From: Selaginella moellendorffii
Lineage: Eukaryota > Plantae > Lycopodiophyta
Length of the DNA stretch: 64,000 nucleotides
Assembly: GCF_000143415.4 (NCBI RefSeq)
Contig: NW_003314300.1
Span: 1,644,525-1,708,524 of the forward strand
Reading direction: 5' to 3'
A program made the translations under genes and the position numbers. The notes beneath the pieces are model-generated. The model made no database searches. It had not been told where the DNA came from and worked only from the letters and a program-made list of their open reading frames with translations. The stretch's first letter is position 1. Every line of letters starts with the position of its first letter. Below, one piece after another: positions 63,300 to 64,000 of this stretch.

Positions 63300-64000
63300 T
63301 CCTTGCTTTTTGCAAGTGACTGGGAACACCGATTCTGAAGTATATCAGATTGTCCACGAACCACGTCAAGCGCTGCTAGGACAATCTGCTCTCCGCAAGC
63401 TACAGTGTTTTGCATCAAGCGCTCGTGTCACGTCTCCGATGTTTTCTGGCTCGCAGTCCATGTACGCCATGCTCTTAGGCAGGCCAGATGGCAACACGAA
63501 CAGAAAAAGCAACAAGCCATGTAGACTAACAGCAAACTAACGTGCCTGGACTCGCAAGTAATTGTCAGAGCAATCGTATCCAGCATAATCCGAATCAATC
63601 CAGTGTCTGGATTATCAACAAAGACACAAGAAGTTTCTAGCAATAGCTCTCTTACCTGCGGTACCGTCCTTGATAGAGGGCGCCCATCCTGCTAATCCCC
63701 ATGTCCTGGGAGCGTTAACCAGCGACAACAGCTGAAAAAGATTGCTCGCGAACAAAGCCTCTACAATAAGTTCTCTAACAAACCGGTCTTGGAGACCAGT
63801 CGCTTCAGGGAAATCCGTGTTATTGCTCCAGGTATGAGTCACTGCAGAAAGCAGCAAGAAAATTTTGTTTTACTATTTCAGTACAAGCATGAACAGAGGC
63901 TTGCATACCATTGACTTCTTTACCCGTACATACAAAGTCTCTCAAAGAATGCATTAAACTCAAGGTGAGTGTAGCTGTGATAGCTGGCAGCCTATGAGAA
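63300..64000 (-). pseudogene. Unidentified spliced gene or gene relic, paralog of 30615-31300
   Basis: Exon/intron-like blocks (CTGCAG|TGACTCATAC, GCAG|GTAAGAG) collinear with 30680-31200. Confidence 0.35.

Overview
Plant nuclear DNA. The very short GT-AG introns (about 45-60 nt), tight gene spacing and many PLS/DYW PPR relics suggest a compact genome such as the lycophyte Selaginella; this is inferred, not proven. 0-13.5 kb: six intronless germin-like protein (GLP) genes interleaved with glutathione-synthetase and PPR-DYW relics. GLP5 and GLP6 are reciprocal chimeras around a circularly permuted 2,250-bp copy of the GLP4 locus. 14-27 kb: conserved core of PMI1/PMIR-like, L-galactose dehydrogenase, an ORTH/VIM pseudogene containing a miRNA-like hairpin, WDR44-like, METTL5 and a USP gene. 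27-64 kb: accessory region with about seven copies (two apparently intact) of a half-size, organic-cation-transporter-derived membrane protein. It also holds a local segmental duplication, a Helentron/DINE-like insertion whose empty site is in the paralog, two head-to-head Gypsy elements carrying two nested 5S-bearing Cassandra TRIMs, PPR pseudogenes, a degenerate chromovirus, a ~215-bp-arm inverted repeat and an intronless acidic-repeat membrane protein.
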